Virus record (IMG/VR): IMGVR_UViG_3300014836_000691 | Span: 1 to 64,000 of that record | Source: a virus | DNA length: 64,000 nt | Strand: one strand, 5' to 3' | Shown here: positions 46,952-57,280 of the stretch, piece by piece | How the letters are laid out: each line of letters begins with the position of its first letter | Position numbering within the stretch: the first letter of the stretch is position 1 | The notes under the pieces: model-generated | Database searches by the model: none | What the model saw: only the letters and a program-made list of their open reading frames with translations | What the model was told of the DNA's origin: nothing | Made by a program: the position numbers and the translations under genes

Positions 46952-47566
46952 ATGACGACTCAACCCGAACTGGACTTGGTTAACGGACTCAAGACCCTCA
47001 CGCCTGTTAAGCAGGAAGATGGGGAGTTGGCTCTGGAGGTCTGTCAGACCTTCAACAACCCTGCGTCCAAGTGCCGTATCACGAAGATTGAACTCCGTAG
47101 CCAACCTTGGAGCAAGAAGGGTCGCACGACCCTTAGCATCTGGATTGACCATAAGGACAAGGAGAAGAACAGCGTTATCGCCCAGTATGCGGCTCGCCAT
47201 CTCGACTCGATGGACGGACGGATGCAGGAGTATCGCTCGCAGTTCCCCGCCATCGTGAAGACGCTGTGGGCGAATGGGCAACTGGATGCAAGCAAGTGGC
47301 AGGGCAAGTCCCGCCCGACCATCACGCTAGCCGATATGGACACCGCCAAGGGCTTCCGCTGGGGGCAGAAGGCTGGTTGCCGATGCGGATGCTCGCCCGC
47401 CTTCTATGTGCCTCAATGGGTCGAAGAGCAGTTGCCCCTCTGGGTCAACCATATCAGCGTCACCTTGGAGGAGGTCGAGGAGGTCGCCCTTGCGGTCAAC
47501 CCAGACCGCCTCAAGTCGGTCACGCAGAACTTCCCCTCGCTGGTCGGTCAGCAAATCACGGCTTGA
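46952..47566 (+). CDS. Hypothetical protein with W.QKAGC.CGCSP motif
   Basis: Cys motif; AC-rich leader. Confidence 0.6.
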   Translation: MTTQPELDLVNGLKTLTPVKQEDGELALEVCQTFNNPASKCRITKIELRSQPWSKKGRTTLSIWIDHKDKEKNSVIAQYAARHLDSMDGRMQEYRSQFPAIVKTLWANGQLDASKWQGKSRPTITLADMDTAKGFRWGQKAGCRCGCSPAFYVPQWVEEQLPLWVNHISVTLEEVEEVALAVNPDRLKSVTQNFPSLVGQQITA

Positions 47567-47599
47567 CGAAACCCCATTCATCTGCTATAACATCTTCCT

Positions 47600-47803
47600 A
47601 TGTCCAACACCAAACTGAACTACATCAAGTCTAGCACCATCCGCAAGTTCGTCAAACTGCACGGCAAGCGAACCTCCAAGGATTTCCTTGAAGCCCTTGA
47701 CCGCTACATCGAGGCGAAACTTCTGGTTGCCACACAGGAACACAACGCTGGCAAGAAGACCCTCGATTCGGGTGTCGCTGGTTACATCTTCGGCAACCGC
47801 TAA
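47600..47803 (+). CDS. Histone-fold protein (bacterial-histone-like)
   Basis: IKSSTIRKFVK-HGKRTSKDFLEALD...A...NAGKKTLD: a1-L1(R.S)-a2-L2(KKTL); promoter TTGACG-17-TATAAC upstream. Confidence 0.65.
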   Translation: MSNTKLNYIKSSTIRKFVKLHGKRTSKDFLEALDRYIEAKLLVATQEHNAGKKTLDSGVAGYIFGNR

Positions 47804-48007
47804 TGGGTTGCTAGGGGATGGTAAGACGCAACAGGCTAGGCTGGGGGCTGACAAAGGAAGTTGTCTTGGTTGCCAAGATGAACGACCTGTCAGTTGCCCA
47901 AGCCTCCTATCTTTATCAATGCTCCAAGTCTTCGGTAAGCCGTAGGGCAAGGCAAATGGGCATCGTGCTTAAGGGGTCGGACTCCAAGTTGACTCAACGC
48001 CAAGGGC

Positions 48008-48556
48008 GTGGAGCAACATAACCTTAAGATAGACCTAGAGTGGTCGGCTGTAAGAGCCGAAGACTACCCTGTGTCTAGGACGGTCAAGGTCTACCGAGAC
48101 ATTATCTATCGGGACTTTGACGATGCGATGCTCAGCAGGGATAAATGGGTAAGCCCAGACTACTTCACCGCATCCAGTTACGATGCCGAGGTGGAAACCA
48201 AAGCGGAGTTGCTGTCCATCGCCAGCGACAGGCAGTTCAAGATGTTCAACTGGCTGAACGCCAATCGCCAGTATCCGCAAGTCATTCCCTACTTTGGCAA
48301 CCCAGAGCAAGCCACCAAGCGTATCTTTGACCTTATGGATTCCTTTGGTCGAGCCTTACGGTCAGCGTCCGAGCCAGTCGAGAAGAGAGAGCGACTGGTT
48401 AACGACTTCTTAGAGCGACTGAGAAACGATTTAACCCAATGGGGAACTTGGTGGTCTTTGAAGACCGACCTTATGGCATCCGTTGAGGATGCACACGCCG
48501 TAGCACACAAAGATTGGCACGGAGTCCCAAAGAAAACCAACGAGCCGTTGACATAA
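48008..48556 (+). CDS. Hypothetical protein
   Basis: Long ORF. Confidence 0.55.
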   Translation: MEQHNLKIDLEWSAVRAEDYPVSRTVKVYRDIIYRDFDDAMLSRDKWVSPDYFTASSYDAEVETKAELLSIASDRQFKMFNWLNANRQYPQVIPYFGNPEQATKRIFDLMDSFGRALRSASEPVEKRERLVNDFLERLRNDLTQWGTWWSLKTDLMASVEDAHAVAHKDWHGVPKKTNEPLT

Positions 48557-48570
48557 CCCCACCTAAAACT

Positions 48571-49182
48571 ATGAGCAAAGTCTGCGAACGCTGTGGCGAC
48601 CCCGAATGCACCTGCCCCGAAGGTGAGTGCAAATGCACCCCCAAGGCGGCTAAGACCCAGCCTTCGGACAAGTATTTGCCCAAGCAGAACAAAGATGACA
48701 TTAAGGATGGTTTCCTTATCGGAACTGCCGTGAATCCCTATAAGCCGAAAACCTGCCCTATGCAGGGCGAAACCTACGCCGAACTGGAGAAGAAGGCTGG
48801 CACATCCATTTCTAGCCTCGCTGAAGAGGAAGTGGTCAAGCAGGGTGTTCAGAACATCCAAGAGTATTTTGCCTACGCACAGGAGAATGCGAATGAGTTA
48901 AATAAGTTCTCGTTCGGTCAATGCTTCACCTCCAGAGCGAGAGACGGCTACTACGACAATCGTTATCAGTATTCGATGGAGCATATCCAGCCTTTCGCTA
49001 CCCACTCCCAATTTGGGAATGAGGAAAGAAAGTTCCAGTCGAGCGTGTTCAAGCAACACGACTTTATCGTTTCGAGACACAGGGACGAGGTTTCTGCCCG
49101 ATTAGCCTGTGCTGACTATAACATTTTTCTTGCAGTTAAGCCCGCTGGGGCTGACCATCCTGTTCTCAAACTTCGCAAATAA
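48571..49182 (+). CDS. Hypothetical protein with Cys-rich N-terminus; first gene of the MATRS array operon
   Basis: MSKVCERCGDPECTC; TTGAC motif at 48548. Confidence 0.6.
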   Translation: MSKVCERCGDPECTCPEGECKCTPKAAKTQPSDKYLPKQNKDDIKDGFLIGTAVNPYKPKTCPMQGETYAELEKKAGTSISSLAEEEVVKQGVQNIQEYFAYAQENANELNKFSFGQCFTSRARDGYYDNRYQYSMEHIQPFATHSQFGNEERKFQSSVFKQHDFIVSRHRDEVSARLACADYNIFLAVKPAGADHPVLKLRK

Positions 49183-49189
49183 TACAACT

Positions 49190-49879
49190 ATGGCTACTCG
49201 CTCTTCTTCTCAAGGACTCGCCTCTGATGCCGTCGGAGGTGGTTACACCCCCAAGTTTAAAGGATGGGAGGCAGGTCTTAACGCTGCTCACAATCGTAGC
49301 ATTGAAAAGGCTGACGAAAGATATGAAAAGGCACAAGACAACCGCTACGATGCGGCTGGCTCTGAGGATGAACATATGAAATCGAAGAGCATCGCCAATT
49401 ACGCATACAATCTTGCGGTAGATGCCTCTAGACTGAACGAAAAGGCAGAAAACGACTACATCCGTGGTGATGGGTCTACAGATGCGATTAAGGGAAGAGT
49501 CTTCAAGGATGCCTTAGACCAACTTTTGGGTTCTGACTTAAAGGATAAAGACGGCCCTAGAACCTTCGATTCCGAACGGCAAACGCTTATGTCTGCTTAC
49601 AGACGAAGTGCTGGTAGTGCAACTGACGAACAGGTTGAAACGGCATTCAATGATGAGGTGCTTACTGTCGTCCAAAGATTTGCTACTCAAATTGATGCTG
49701 TCTTAACGGCGAGGAAGCCTAGTGCAGATGCGTATCAAGATTTCAGAGGGGCTGTTAGTGCTTCTTGGGATGAATCTTTTGACAATGACTACAACGAAGG
49801 CGTAGTCCAAGCCGCATTAAGCATTATCGAAAAGACTTTCAAACTTACTAACGCAAAACTCACAGGAGAAGCACTCTAA
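49190..49879 (+). CDS. MATRS-leader protein
   Basis: MATRSSSQGLASD. Confidence 0.8.
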   Translation: MATRSSSQGLASDAVGGGYTPKFKGWEAGLNAAHNRSIEKADERYEKAQDNRYDAAGSEDEHMKSKSIANYAYNLAVDASRLNEKAENDYIRGDGSTDAIKGRVFKDALDQLLGSDLKDKDGPRTFDSERQTLMSAYRRSAGSATDEQVETAFNDEVLTVVQRFATQIDAVLTARKPSADAYQDFRGAVSASWDESFDNDYNEGVVQAALSIIEKTFKLTNAKLTGEAL

Positions 49880-49882
49880 CCT

Positions 49883-50683
49883 ATGGCTACTCGTTCCAAC
49901 AAGCAGGGCTTAGCCTCTGATATTTCAAACTACGAAAAAAGCGATGCCTCGTCTGCCCTTATGGGCAACTCGCTCTCTGCTGGAACTCAAGCCGCTGAGT
50001 TGCTGAGTGCCGACTCCAGTTCCAGAAGATATCGTGAGTCTCTGAGAGAGGCTGAGGTTGAAGCCGAAAACGGTAGCGAGTTTGAATACCTTGCCACCAC
50101 CGCCCTTAGAGATTACATCAAGGAGCAGGGGCTTGAGAACCAACTGTCGTCTGAAACAAAGGCGAAGATTAAAAAGTTTGATGAGATGGTTGAGAAGGGA
50201 CAAATGTCTTCTTCTACTGGTGGCTTAGAGCCTAGAGGCTTTGACAGGGTTGGAAACAACTTCTCCGTTTTTTCCAGAGATGTGGCTGACTCAATCAAAC
50301 TGGATACCCGCCACTTTATGAACAAGTCGCTCAGCAAATTGACGGGCTACAAGGAAGATGAGGCTAAGGGCTACGACCCTGTTGAAAGCCTTGGTAGGTT
50401 CTACCTTGGCAAGCGTGTTGCCCTTGTCGCCACAAGAGACGATGGCGTGAAGGCTGTTATTATGGATGAGAGCAGAGGCGAATCCAAGTTCAAGAAGGGC
50501 GATATCGTTGGCAACGCTGATTCCGGCCCTAACAACAGAGGCTGGACTGGCTCGGTTGTGAAAGTCATAAACTTTACCCCGCAAGACGCTCGGTTAGTTA
50601 TGGACAAATACAAGGCTGAGTGGTTTACTGACCCCTATCCCACCGTCAGAGACGGCAAGACAACCTTAGATACTACAGACTAA
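49883..50683 (+). CDS. MATRS-leader protein
   Basis: MATRSNKQGLASD. Confidence 0.8.
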   Translation: MATRSNKQGLASDISNYEKSDASSALMGNSLSAGTQAAELLSADSSSRRYRESLREAEVEAENGSEFEYLATTALRDYIKEQGLENQLSSETKAKIKKFDEMVEKGQMSSSTGGLEPRGFDRVGNNFSVFSRDVADSIKLDTRHFMNKSLSKLTGYKEDEAKGYDPVESLGRFYLGKRVALVATRDDGVKAVIMDESRGESKFKKGDIVGNADSGPNNRGWTGSVVKVINFTPQDARLVMDKYKAEWFTDPYPTVRDGKTTLDTTD

Positions 50684-50686
50684 TTT

Positions 50687-51400
50687 ATGGCAACTCGCTC
50701 TTCCAACCAAGGCACAGCCGCTTCCCTCGGAAGCGATTACAACTATGCCCAGTCGCAAAGACTTGAAAATAGAACTAATGAGGTGTTCAATGCCGAAGAC
50801 TTCCCGAAGTCGGCTAACGCCCCTACGATGAAGGCTTACAAGAACATCGCCACGAACATCGCCAAGTTCAGATTTGAGGGCGTTCCTAACGATGCTGAGG
50901 CTATGGAGCGATTCTTGGGCGAATGGCCTGCCGTCTTGAAGAGCCTTCAGATGGTCAGCCCCGATTTAAAACCAGATGAGGCTTTGTTTGCCTTCGGAAA
51001 TATTAACAAGGAACTTGGCAACACGGTTCGTAATGTCGAGGGTGCTAAGAACGGACAAGTGGTTTATGTTGGCGACAACATCAAATACAACGCAGGCCCA
51101 AAGGGTTCTGGTCTTAGACAGGGCATCTCGACCAAAAAGGATGCTGTGGTTGTCGCACAGGCGACTTCTGCCAACGGAGATAAATGGGTCAAAGTTGTTT
51201 CCAACACTCGGTTTTATATCGAAGACGGCAGAGAGCAGTCTTCCTCCGTCCTGTGGATTAGCGACAAGGGACAGGCTTTAACAAGCACCCTTGAAGCCGA
51301 AAAACTTAATCTTGAGGGTGATGGCAAGAAGACTCCTACGGCTGAGTTTGTTCAGTCCTTCTTTGAGTTCCATAAGCCGAAGGTTTGGCAAATCGGTTGA
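50687..51400 (+). CDS. MATRS-leader protein
   Basis: MATRSSNQGTAASLGSD. Confidence 0.8.
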   Translation: MATRSSNQGTAASLGSDYNYAQSQRLENRTNEVFNAEDFPKSANAPTMKAYKNIATNIAKFRFEGVPNDAEAMERFLGEWPAVLKSLQMVSPDLKPDEALFAFGNINKELGNTVRNVEGAKNGQVVYVGDNIKYNAGPKGSGLRQGISTKKDAVVVAQATSANGDKWVKVVSNTRFYIEDGREQSSSVLWISDKGQALTSTLEAEKLNLEGDGKKTPTAEFVQSFFEFHKPKVWQIG

Positions 51401-51408
51401 AAAACTGA

Positions 51409-52251
51409 ATGGCTACGAGAAGCAAGTCGAGTGGCAAACTTGAGTCGGACGATGATAAGTTGACCCGCTTGCTTGCGGGCGATGTTGAAGCCATCTTGGA
51501 GAAGAGTCTGAAGGGTGGCAATCTTTCGGACAAGCAACTGGCAAAGTATTTTGGCGTTTCCGAAGCGGAAATTGCCAAGGCTAAGTCCGACTTGGAGGCT
51601 TGGAAGAAGCAGAATGAGGGAAAGCAAGTGCCTCCGATGCCCGATGCGGGACAAGATTTTAATAATCTTTTAGACGGACAGGGCGTGGTTGCCGTTTGGA
51701 ACGAGTTATACGGTAAGACGCATAATCCAGATGGGACTCCAAAGACGGCAGGTTCTCAACCCGCTGGACAAACCCCTGCGACAGCCCCGCAAACCAATCC
51801 AGTCACACAGGCTACCCAGACTAAGGGTCAGCCTACAACCCCAGCCCAAGCAGCCGCCCAAGCCCAACAACAGGCTTCTGGTGCTAAGCCCGCCAAAGCG
51901 GGCAAGGGTGGTAAAGGCGGTAAGGGTGGTAAAGGTGATGAGGCTCAAGCGAAGGGTGAAAAGAAGTCCATCCCTTGGTATATGAAGCGAGGCTCTGGCT
52001 TTGCTCGTCTTGTTTTTGGCGGTGGTCGTGGTTCTGTTGACCCGCTTTATTCGACCTACGGAACATCTGGCGGTGGCTCTGGTGTCATTGCTGGCGGTGC
52101 GGCTTCCCTTCCAGAATCCGTCCAAGCCCTTATTGACAAGGGCAGAAGGCGTAGGGGCGGTTCTCCGTCCAAACCCTCCGCACCCTCCGCACCCGCTTCT
52201 GGTGGTGGTGGTGGTGGCTCAGCCCCTTCGGGCGGTGGCGGTTCTAAGTAA
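51409..52251 (+). CDS. MATRS-leader protein, G/P/Q low-complexity
   Basis: MATRSKSSGKLESD. Confidence 0.8.
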   Translation: MATRSKSSGKLESDDDKLTRLLAGDVEAILEKSLKGGNLSDKQLAKYFGVSEAEIAKAKSDLEAWKKQNEGKQVPPMPDAGQDFNNLLDGQGVVAVWNELYGKTHNPDGTPKTAGSQPAGQTPATAPQTNPVTQATQTKGQPTTPAQAAAQAQQQASGAKPAKAGKGGKGGKGGKGDEAQAKGEKKSIPWYMKRGSGFARLVFGGGRGSVDPLYSTYGTSGGGSGVIAGGAASLPESVQALIDKGRRRRGGSPSKPSAPSAPASGGGGGGSAPSGGGGSK

Positions 52252-52288
52252 GCCCCATTAGTCCTGTTGACAACGAGCAACATTACAA

Positions 52289-52702
52289 ATGGAAGCCTGT
52301 TCGGAAGCCACGGAACATATCCTTAACCTTACCCACACGGTGGCTAGGTTGAAGCAACTTGCCAGCACGGAGCAAATCCAGCGTGGCAAGATTATCGACA
52401 TTGGAGAAGATATGCTGAAGGCTTGGATGAACGGCGAACCGTATTCCGAAGTCTATCACGCTAGATGGGCTGAGGCAACTGACCCGAAGTCGCTCGAAAA
52501 GAAGTTCAAGCAAATCAACAAAGAGTTCGACAGGAAAGAACAGGAACAGCGTGAGCAGATGCAGATGACTGCTGAACAGAAGGCTAATCAGCAGAAGGAA
52601 AAGGAAGCAGAGGCGATTAACGCCGATGCCAAACTTCAGAAGGCTAAGAACTCGCTCAAGGACGCTGAGGACAAGGCTAACAAGAAGAAAGAGGGCAAGT
52701 AA
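52289..52702 (+). CDS. Hypothetical coiled-coil protein
   Basis: TTGAC-N6-CAA at 52267. Confidence 0.6.
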   Translation: MEACSEATEHILNLTHTVARLKQLASTEQIQRGKIIDIGEDMLKAWMNGEPYSEVYHARWAEATDPKSLEKKFKQINKEFDRKEQEQREQMQMTAEQKANQQKEKEAEAINADAKLQKAKNSLKDAEDKANKKKEGK

Positions 52703-52704
52703 TC

Positions 52705-53628
52705 GTGGCTACAAGAGGCACATCCGCATCAATGGGGTCGGCGGTAACTCTTGCTTCTGATGCCAAATCGCTAGGCAAGGTGGTTGGCGATTACACCAAG
52801 TCCAAGGACTTGTTTGACCAATTTATTGCTAGGCAGGAAAAGATTGAGGAACGCAAACTGAACAAGGGCGAAGTCCTTAAAATCTTAGGCAACATCCTAG
52901 AGGATATCGACAATCACGAAGATAGGATGGAAAGATGGGAAAAGGAACTGAGAGACACCAAGTTTTACAACGATTACACCCGCAAGGAGGGTAGAGGGGG
53001 TAAGGACATTCCCGAAAGCGAATGGAAGCCCGCCAAGCCCCTCCCGACTAAGCCAGAACCGCTTTCTGGGACTGTTGCAGAGGTGGCTGATAAACTTAAT
53101 GAGTTCTTGGGTCGAGTCGCACACCACCAGTCTAACGATTCATCTTTCGCCAAGAATCCAGACGCTTTGGTTGAGGCTTTCAACGACCTCCCAGAAGTGA
53201 TTAAGCCGTTCGTGTTAGCCCCTAGGGGGCTGATTAAGAGGCTGTATAGGGGTGATGAGGCTGGCAAGTCTGAGATTGTGCAGGGTAGAGGGGTGGCATC
53301 CTTTGCTACCACGCCTCGAAATGTAGGCTTCTGGGGTAGGTATGTTTATAAAGGCTCAGATATAGAGTCATTTGCTGGCATCATCGACACAGGTCGTATC
53401 GTCAAGAACTTCGACTCTTACTCCAAGATTGGCGAACTGCTTGGCACTATCGCTAGAAACTCTATCGAAATAGGGGATGATGAGGACGAGAAGATTGTGT
53501 TTGGCATTAAGTGGAAGAAGAATGTCGGTGACCGAGATTGGATGGACAAAAACGGCAGAAAATCCGACACTTTTAAGGAAAAATACTACGAAAATCCAAG
53601 GTTAAAGGAAAACAGGTTTGACGACTGA
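52705..53628 (+). CDS. MATR-leader protein, ADP-ribosyltransferase-like
   Basis: MATRGTSASMGSAVTLASD; LYRG...VASFAT...DEDEKIV. Confidence 0.65.
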   Translation: MATRGTSASMGSAVTLASDAKSLGKVVGDYTKSKDLFDQFIARQEKIEERKLNKGEVLKILGNILEDIDNHEDRMERWEKELRDTKFYNDYTRKEGRGGKDIPESEWKPAKPLPTKPEPLSGTVAEVADKLNEFLGRVAHHQSNDSSFAKNPDALVEAFNDLPEVIKPFVLAPRGLIKRLYRGDEAGKSEIVQGRGVASFATTPRNVGFWGRYVYKGSDIESFAGIIDTGRIVKNFDSYSKIGELLGTIARNSIEIGDDEDEKIVFGIKWKKNVGDRDWMDKNGRKSDTFKEKYYENPRLKENRFDD

Positions 53629-53634
53629 TGAATG

Positions 53635-53661
53635 GGGGCGTGAAAAACGCCCCTTCTTTTT
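53635..53661 (+). terminator. Rho-independent terminator
   Basis: GGGGCG-TGAAAAA-CGCCCC-TTCTTTTT. Confidence 0.75.
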
Positions 53662-53701
53662 GCTCGTTGACAAACATTCAAAGATAACCACTATTTTAGT
53701 T

Positions 53702-54442
53702 ATGGCAACTCGCTCAACCAATGCTGGATTAGGTTCTGATTTTAGACCTAGAGGCTCTTTTTCCTACGGAACAGGAATCGCCGCACAGGTCGAGGCTGGC
53801 ATCGACAAGGCACACAAGAACCGTGTTGGTGCAGATTCTTACGCTAAGTCCCTTTCGGACGATGCTCTTGCTAAGGCGTGGGAGGCTACAAGCAGAGAGT
53901 ATGATAGAATGTCTAGGGGTGCGGACGAGTTTGATAAGGAGAACCCCGAAGCGGGCAACTTTGGCTCTGCTGACTCGTATGTAAGAATGGGTGCGGACAG
54001 TTACCACGACACCTACTACAAGCCAATCATCAATGAACTTTCTCGCAGATGGCTCAACACAGACGGAAAGCCCTTCTGGTTGGAATCTAGCGAACAGAAG
54101 AAATACAAAAGCCAAGGGGTTCAATACAGCGGTGAAAAACCTTGGGATTTACTACAGTATTATATGAACTATGAGGTGTCCCCTTCCGTTTCAATTAGTA
54201 TGCGAAGAGATGTTTCCAGAGGGTCTGGAAGCAAGGTTGATTTTAGCGGAGTCAGCGATGAAATTATCGCTAGGTCTGTCAAGATAGCCGAACAGGGGCT
54301 TGATGAGATTCGTAGAGAGTCGATTGAGCGTGATAAAAAGATTGGCAAAGACAACTATTACGAATCCAATTACCCCAAGGATTGGAAAGAGAACATCCTC
54401 GACCCTCTGGTTAACGAACTTAACAGACGCAAAAACAAATAA
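53702..54442 (+). CDS. MATRS-leader protein
   Basis: MATRSTNAGLGSD; internal duplication (D..LA.A ... P+.NEL.RR twice). Confidence 0.8.
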   Translation: MATRSTNAGLGSDFRPRGSFSYGTGIAAQVEAGIDKAHKNRVGADSYAKSLSDDALAKAWEATSREYDRMSRGADEFDKENPEAGNFGSADSYVRMGADSYHDTYYKPIINELSRRWLNTDGKPFWLESSEQKKYKSQGVQYSGEKPWDLLQYYMNYEVSPSVSISMRRDVSRGSGSKVDFSGVSDEIIARSVKIAEQGLDEIRRESIERDKKIGKDNYYESNYPKDWKENILDPLVNELNRRKNK

Positions 54443-54449
54443 TTAATTT

Positions 54450-55202
54450 ATGGCTACTCGCTCTCCAAAGGCTTCCACAGCCGCAGAACTTGGTTCGGAC
54501 ATTCCTCGTAAGTCCGGCCCTGAGAACTTCAATGAGAACATTGAATATATGAAGAAGCGTTACTTTGGCGAAAACCAAGGTGCTTCCGCAAAGAAGGCTA
54601 CCGCTATCGTGGAAGGCATTGATGTTTCGTCTAAGACGAATGTTGACCTTAACCCCCTTCTTTACGCTAAGGCTATTACCAGAGTCCTTATGGACGACCT
54701 TGAGACGAAGAGTGGCAGAAATGTAGAACCTAATGGGCTAGTGGAAGTTGACGCTGAAGCGATGAAATACAATGTTGATATGATTTACACTAGCAGAATC
54801 CACAATCAACTGGCTTCCAGCCTTGCTTTCAAGTTAACCACCGAACTTTTCAATACCGTTGGTGGCAATCAAAAGGAGGACAGTCCGTTTGCTATTGCTC
54901 CTTACAAGGAGAATGGGGTTAGAGTTGACCCGATGCAGATGTATCAAGACATTAGAAGCGTCCTTATGCAGTATGCGTCCGTCCACAGGGTTGTCAACAA
55001 CCTTGGCTTTGACGAGGGAGAGGACTCCGATAACAATCCAGTCCAGTTTGCCAGAGATACGATGCAACGCATCTACCAAGAGGTGAACAACTACGGTCAA
55101 TACGGTAAGGGTCAATTTGCTGAGATGTTCGATAAGGCTATGACTTCGTTCAAGTCCACACTTGAAAGCCCCGACTTCGACAGGAGAATCGGCAACGCTT
55201 AA
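54450..55202 (+). CDS. MATRS-leader protein
   Basis: MATRSPKASTAAELGSD. Confidence 0.8.
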   Translation: MATRSPKASTAAELGSDIPRKSGPENFNENIEYMKKRYFGENQGASAKKATAIVEGIDVSSKTNVDLNPLLYAKAITRVLMDDLETKSGRNVEPNGLVEVDAEAMKYNVDMIYTSRIHNQLASSLAFKLTTELFNTVGGNQKEDSPFAIAPYKENGVRVDPMQMYQDIRSVLMQYASVHRVVNNLGFDEGEDSDNNPVQFARDTMQRIYQEVNNYGQYGKGQFAEMFDKAMTSFKSTLESPDFDRRIGNA

Positions 55203-55211
55203 TGCAACTTT

Positions 55212-55904
55212 ATGGCAACTCGTTCCAATAAACAGGGTCTGGCTTCCGATGTTTCCTCGACTGGTCGAGGTGGCTTCTCCGCTGGTCGTGACCAAGCCGA
55301 ATTGCTTGGCTCTATCACTCAAGCAAATGGGGCTAAGGACAAGGAAAGGACAAACATTTTCCGTGAAATTAGGGCTGGTCAAAGCGACAGAGTGTTTGAA
55401 AGCGTGACTTTCCCACAGGCGGTCACAAAACTGCTTGGCGACAACCTTGCATTTGAGGACTACGGCTACATTCTACAGTCTTTAAACTCTAGCGAAAGAA
55501 TGGGAAGTGGCACAGGCTATCAAGACAACGCATTAAATAGCGATGATTTTGAAGTAATCCTCAAACAAAGAGACAAATCTCTTGGACTGGTTGAAAACTT
55601 GCTCGATTATAACAACGGAAACATTGGTTATTCCGTTATTACGGATGCGGGAGCGTTTCCAAAGGGAGGCAATCCCAACAACGAGGCATCTGCCAAGGTC
55701 AGAAATGCCTTGTTTGATATGTATGAGGCTGGACAAAAAATGGAAAAGGCTATTAAAACCTACGAAGAGGTCAGAGATATGTCGGAAAGCCAGAAACTCA
55801 GAAGGGCAGACGGAACAGCCCTTTGGGGCAGGGCAAGAAAAGACCTTGCAAACGCATTAATTGATTTCAGAGAGGCAAGAAACTCCGTTAAGGAACAAGC
55901 GTAA
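55212..55904 (+). CDS. MATRS-leader protein
   Basis: MATRSNKQGLASD. Confidence 0.8.
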   Translation: MATRSNKQGLASDVSSTGRGGFSAGRDQAELLGSITQANGAKDKERTNIFREIRAGQSDRVFESVTFPQAVTKLLGDNLAFEDYGYILQSLNSSERMGSGTGYQDNALNSDDFEVILKQRDKSLGLVENLLDYNNGNIGYSVITDAGAFPKGGNPNNEASAKVRNALFDMYEAGQKMEKAIKTYEEVRDMSESQKLRRADGTALWGRARKDLANALIDFREARNSVKEQA

Positions 55905-55908
55905 TTTT

Positions 55909-56523
55909 ATGGCAACTCGTTCTAATAAGCAAAGTTTGGCATCTGATTCCGGCCCTTACGGTGGGGCTGAGTGGCGGGCTATGGAGGCTAAGCGTAGCGG
56001 TAGCGTTCCAGATTTCTCCGTTGCTGATATTCGTGAAATCGTAAGATTTTCCGATAGGCGTGAACAGGATAATTTTGAGGGGGTTGCCAACGAAATCAAA
56101 AACACCACCGCAAAAACAAGCCAAGATTTGCTGGATAATTTCTTGCATAGCGATTTTGCCAACAAGCAGTATAATTACCGTAAGGGATTCGGGGCCCTTG
56201 ATTCCTACGATGTTTTCAACGGAACACAGGAAAACTACAATGTCCTTCTGGCATACAGGGACTTGCTTGCAAATGGGAACAGCAACTCTGGGACTGCGTT
56301 TGTGAAGTCCAAGGAAGAGATTGCTCAACTTGACGAAGCAATACTCAACTATGCTGAAAAAGCACGAACCGCCTATGAAGCCCTTGAGTATGGTCGTAGC
56401 GGAACTGAAGGCTCTGCCGAAGCACTTGAAAACTATAACAGGGCTGTTGCCTATGTGAGAAATACCTTTGCTGACATTATTCTCCCAACTAAGCGTGGCC
56501 CTAGAGTTGGCAGAGTGGAATAA
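55909..56523 (+). CDS. MATRS-leader protein
   Basis: MATRSNKQSLASD. Confidence 0.8.
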   Translation: MATRSNKQSLASDSGPYGGAEWRAMEAKRSGSVPDFSVADIREIVRFSDRREQDNFEGVANEIKNTTAKTSQDLLDNFLHSDFANKQYNYRKGFGALDSYDVFNGTQENYNVLLAYRDLLANGNSNSGTAFVKSKEEIAQLDEAILNYAEKARTAYEALEYGRSGTEGSAEALENYNRAVAYVRNTFADIILPTKRGPRVGRVE

Positions 56524-56526
56524 CCT

Positions 56527-57276
56527 ATGGCTACTCGCTCAACAGTCCAAGGTCTTCAGAGCGACCTTTCTAGAAAACTCAGAGACAAGGCTTCTGCACT
56601 TAGAGAAGAAAATGAGAAGGAAAAGCAGGAGGTAGCCAAGACCGAGCAGGAATACAACGATACGGTTGAACAGGAGCGTATTCGCATTGAGGAAGAAGTG
56701 ATGAAGGAGATGAAAGACCGTAAGTGGTCTGTTGATAGAGAAGCCCAAGAAAAGCGAGAAGCGGAAGCGAAACTGGCTGAAGAACAGGCAGTCGCAGAGG
56801 AAAAGCGTGAGCGTGAATTGAAATACAAATGGGAGGGGATGGTGGAGGGCATCGAAAGCAAGATTAAGAAAAACAATAATAAGATTAAGGAAGACTTCCT
56901 TACATTTGGAAGTAAAAACCTCCTTAATAAAGAATTAAAGTTCCCTATCGCTTGGAGTGATACTTTTATGAGAAAAGTTATGAAGGATGTTCCCGATGAA
57001 ATAAGGAGTGCTGTGTCCCACTTATTTGAATCAACTTCTGAAGACCGCTTTGATTTTTCTAAGGCTTCTCAAATTGCTTACGCTAATGGGTCTGGAAAAT
57101 CAACGAGCCTTGACGAGCGTATTGAAAACCTTTCCGAGAAGGATGTTCCTTCGGCAGAGGAACACAAAGCAGGTCTTAAGAGCGTCCAAACCTTTGAAAA
57201 GTTCGTTCGTAAGATGCTTGCGTCCACCAAGGAGAAGGATTTGGCTTGGGACGAGGACGGCAATTACAGAGACTAA
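56527..57276 (+). CDS. MATRS-leader protein with charged coiled coil
   Basis: MATRSTVQGLQSD. Confidence 0.8.
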   Translation: MATRSTVQGLQSDLSRKLRDKASALREENEKEKQEVAKTEQEYNDTVEQERIRIEEEVMKEMKDRKWSVDREAQEKREAEAKLAEEQAVAEEKRERELKYKWEGMVEGIESKIKKNNNKIKEDFLTFGSKNLLNKELKFPIAWSDTFMRKVMKDVPDEIRSAVSHLFESTSEDRFDFSKASQIAYANGSGKSTSLDERIENLSEKDVPSAEEHKAGLKSVQTFEKFVRKMLASTKEKDLAWDEDGNYRD

Positions 57277-57280
57277 GTAA

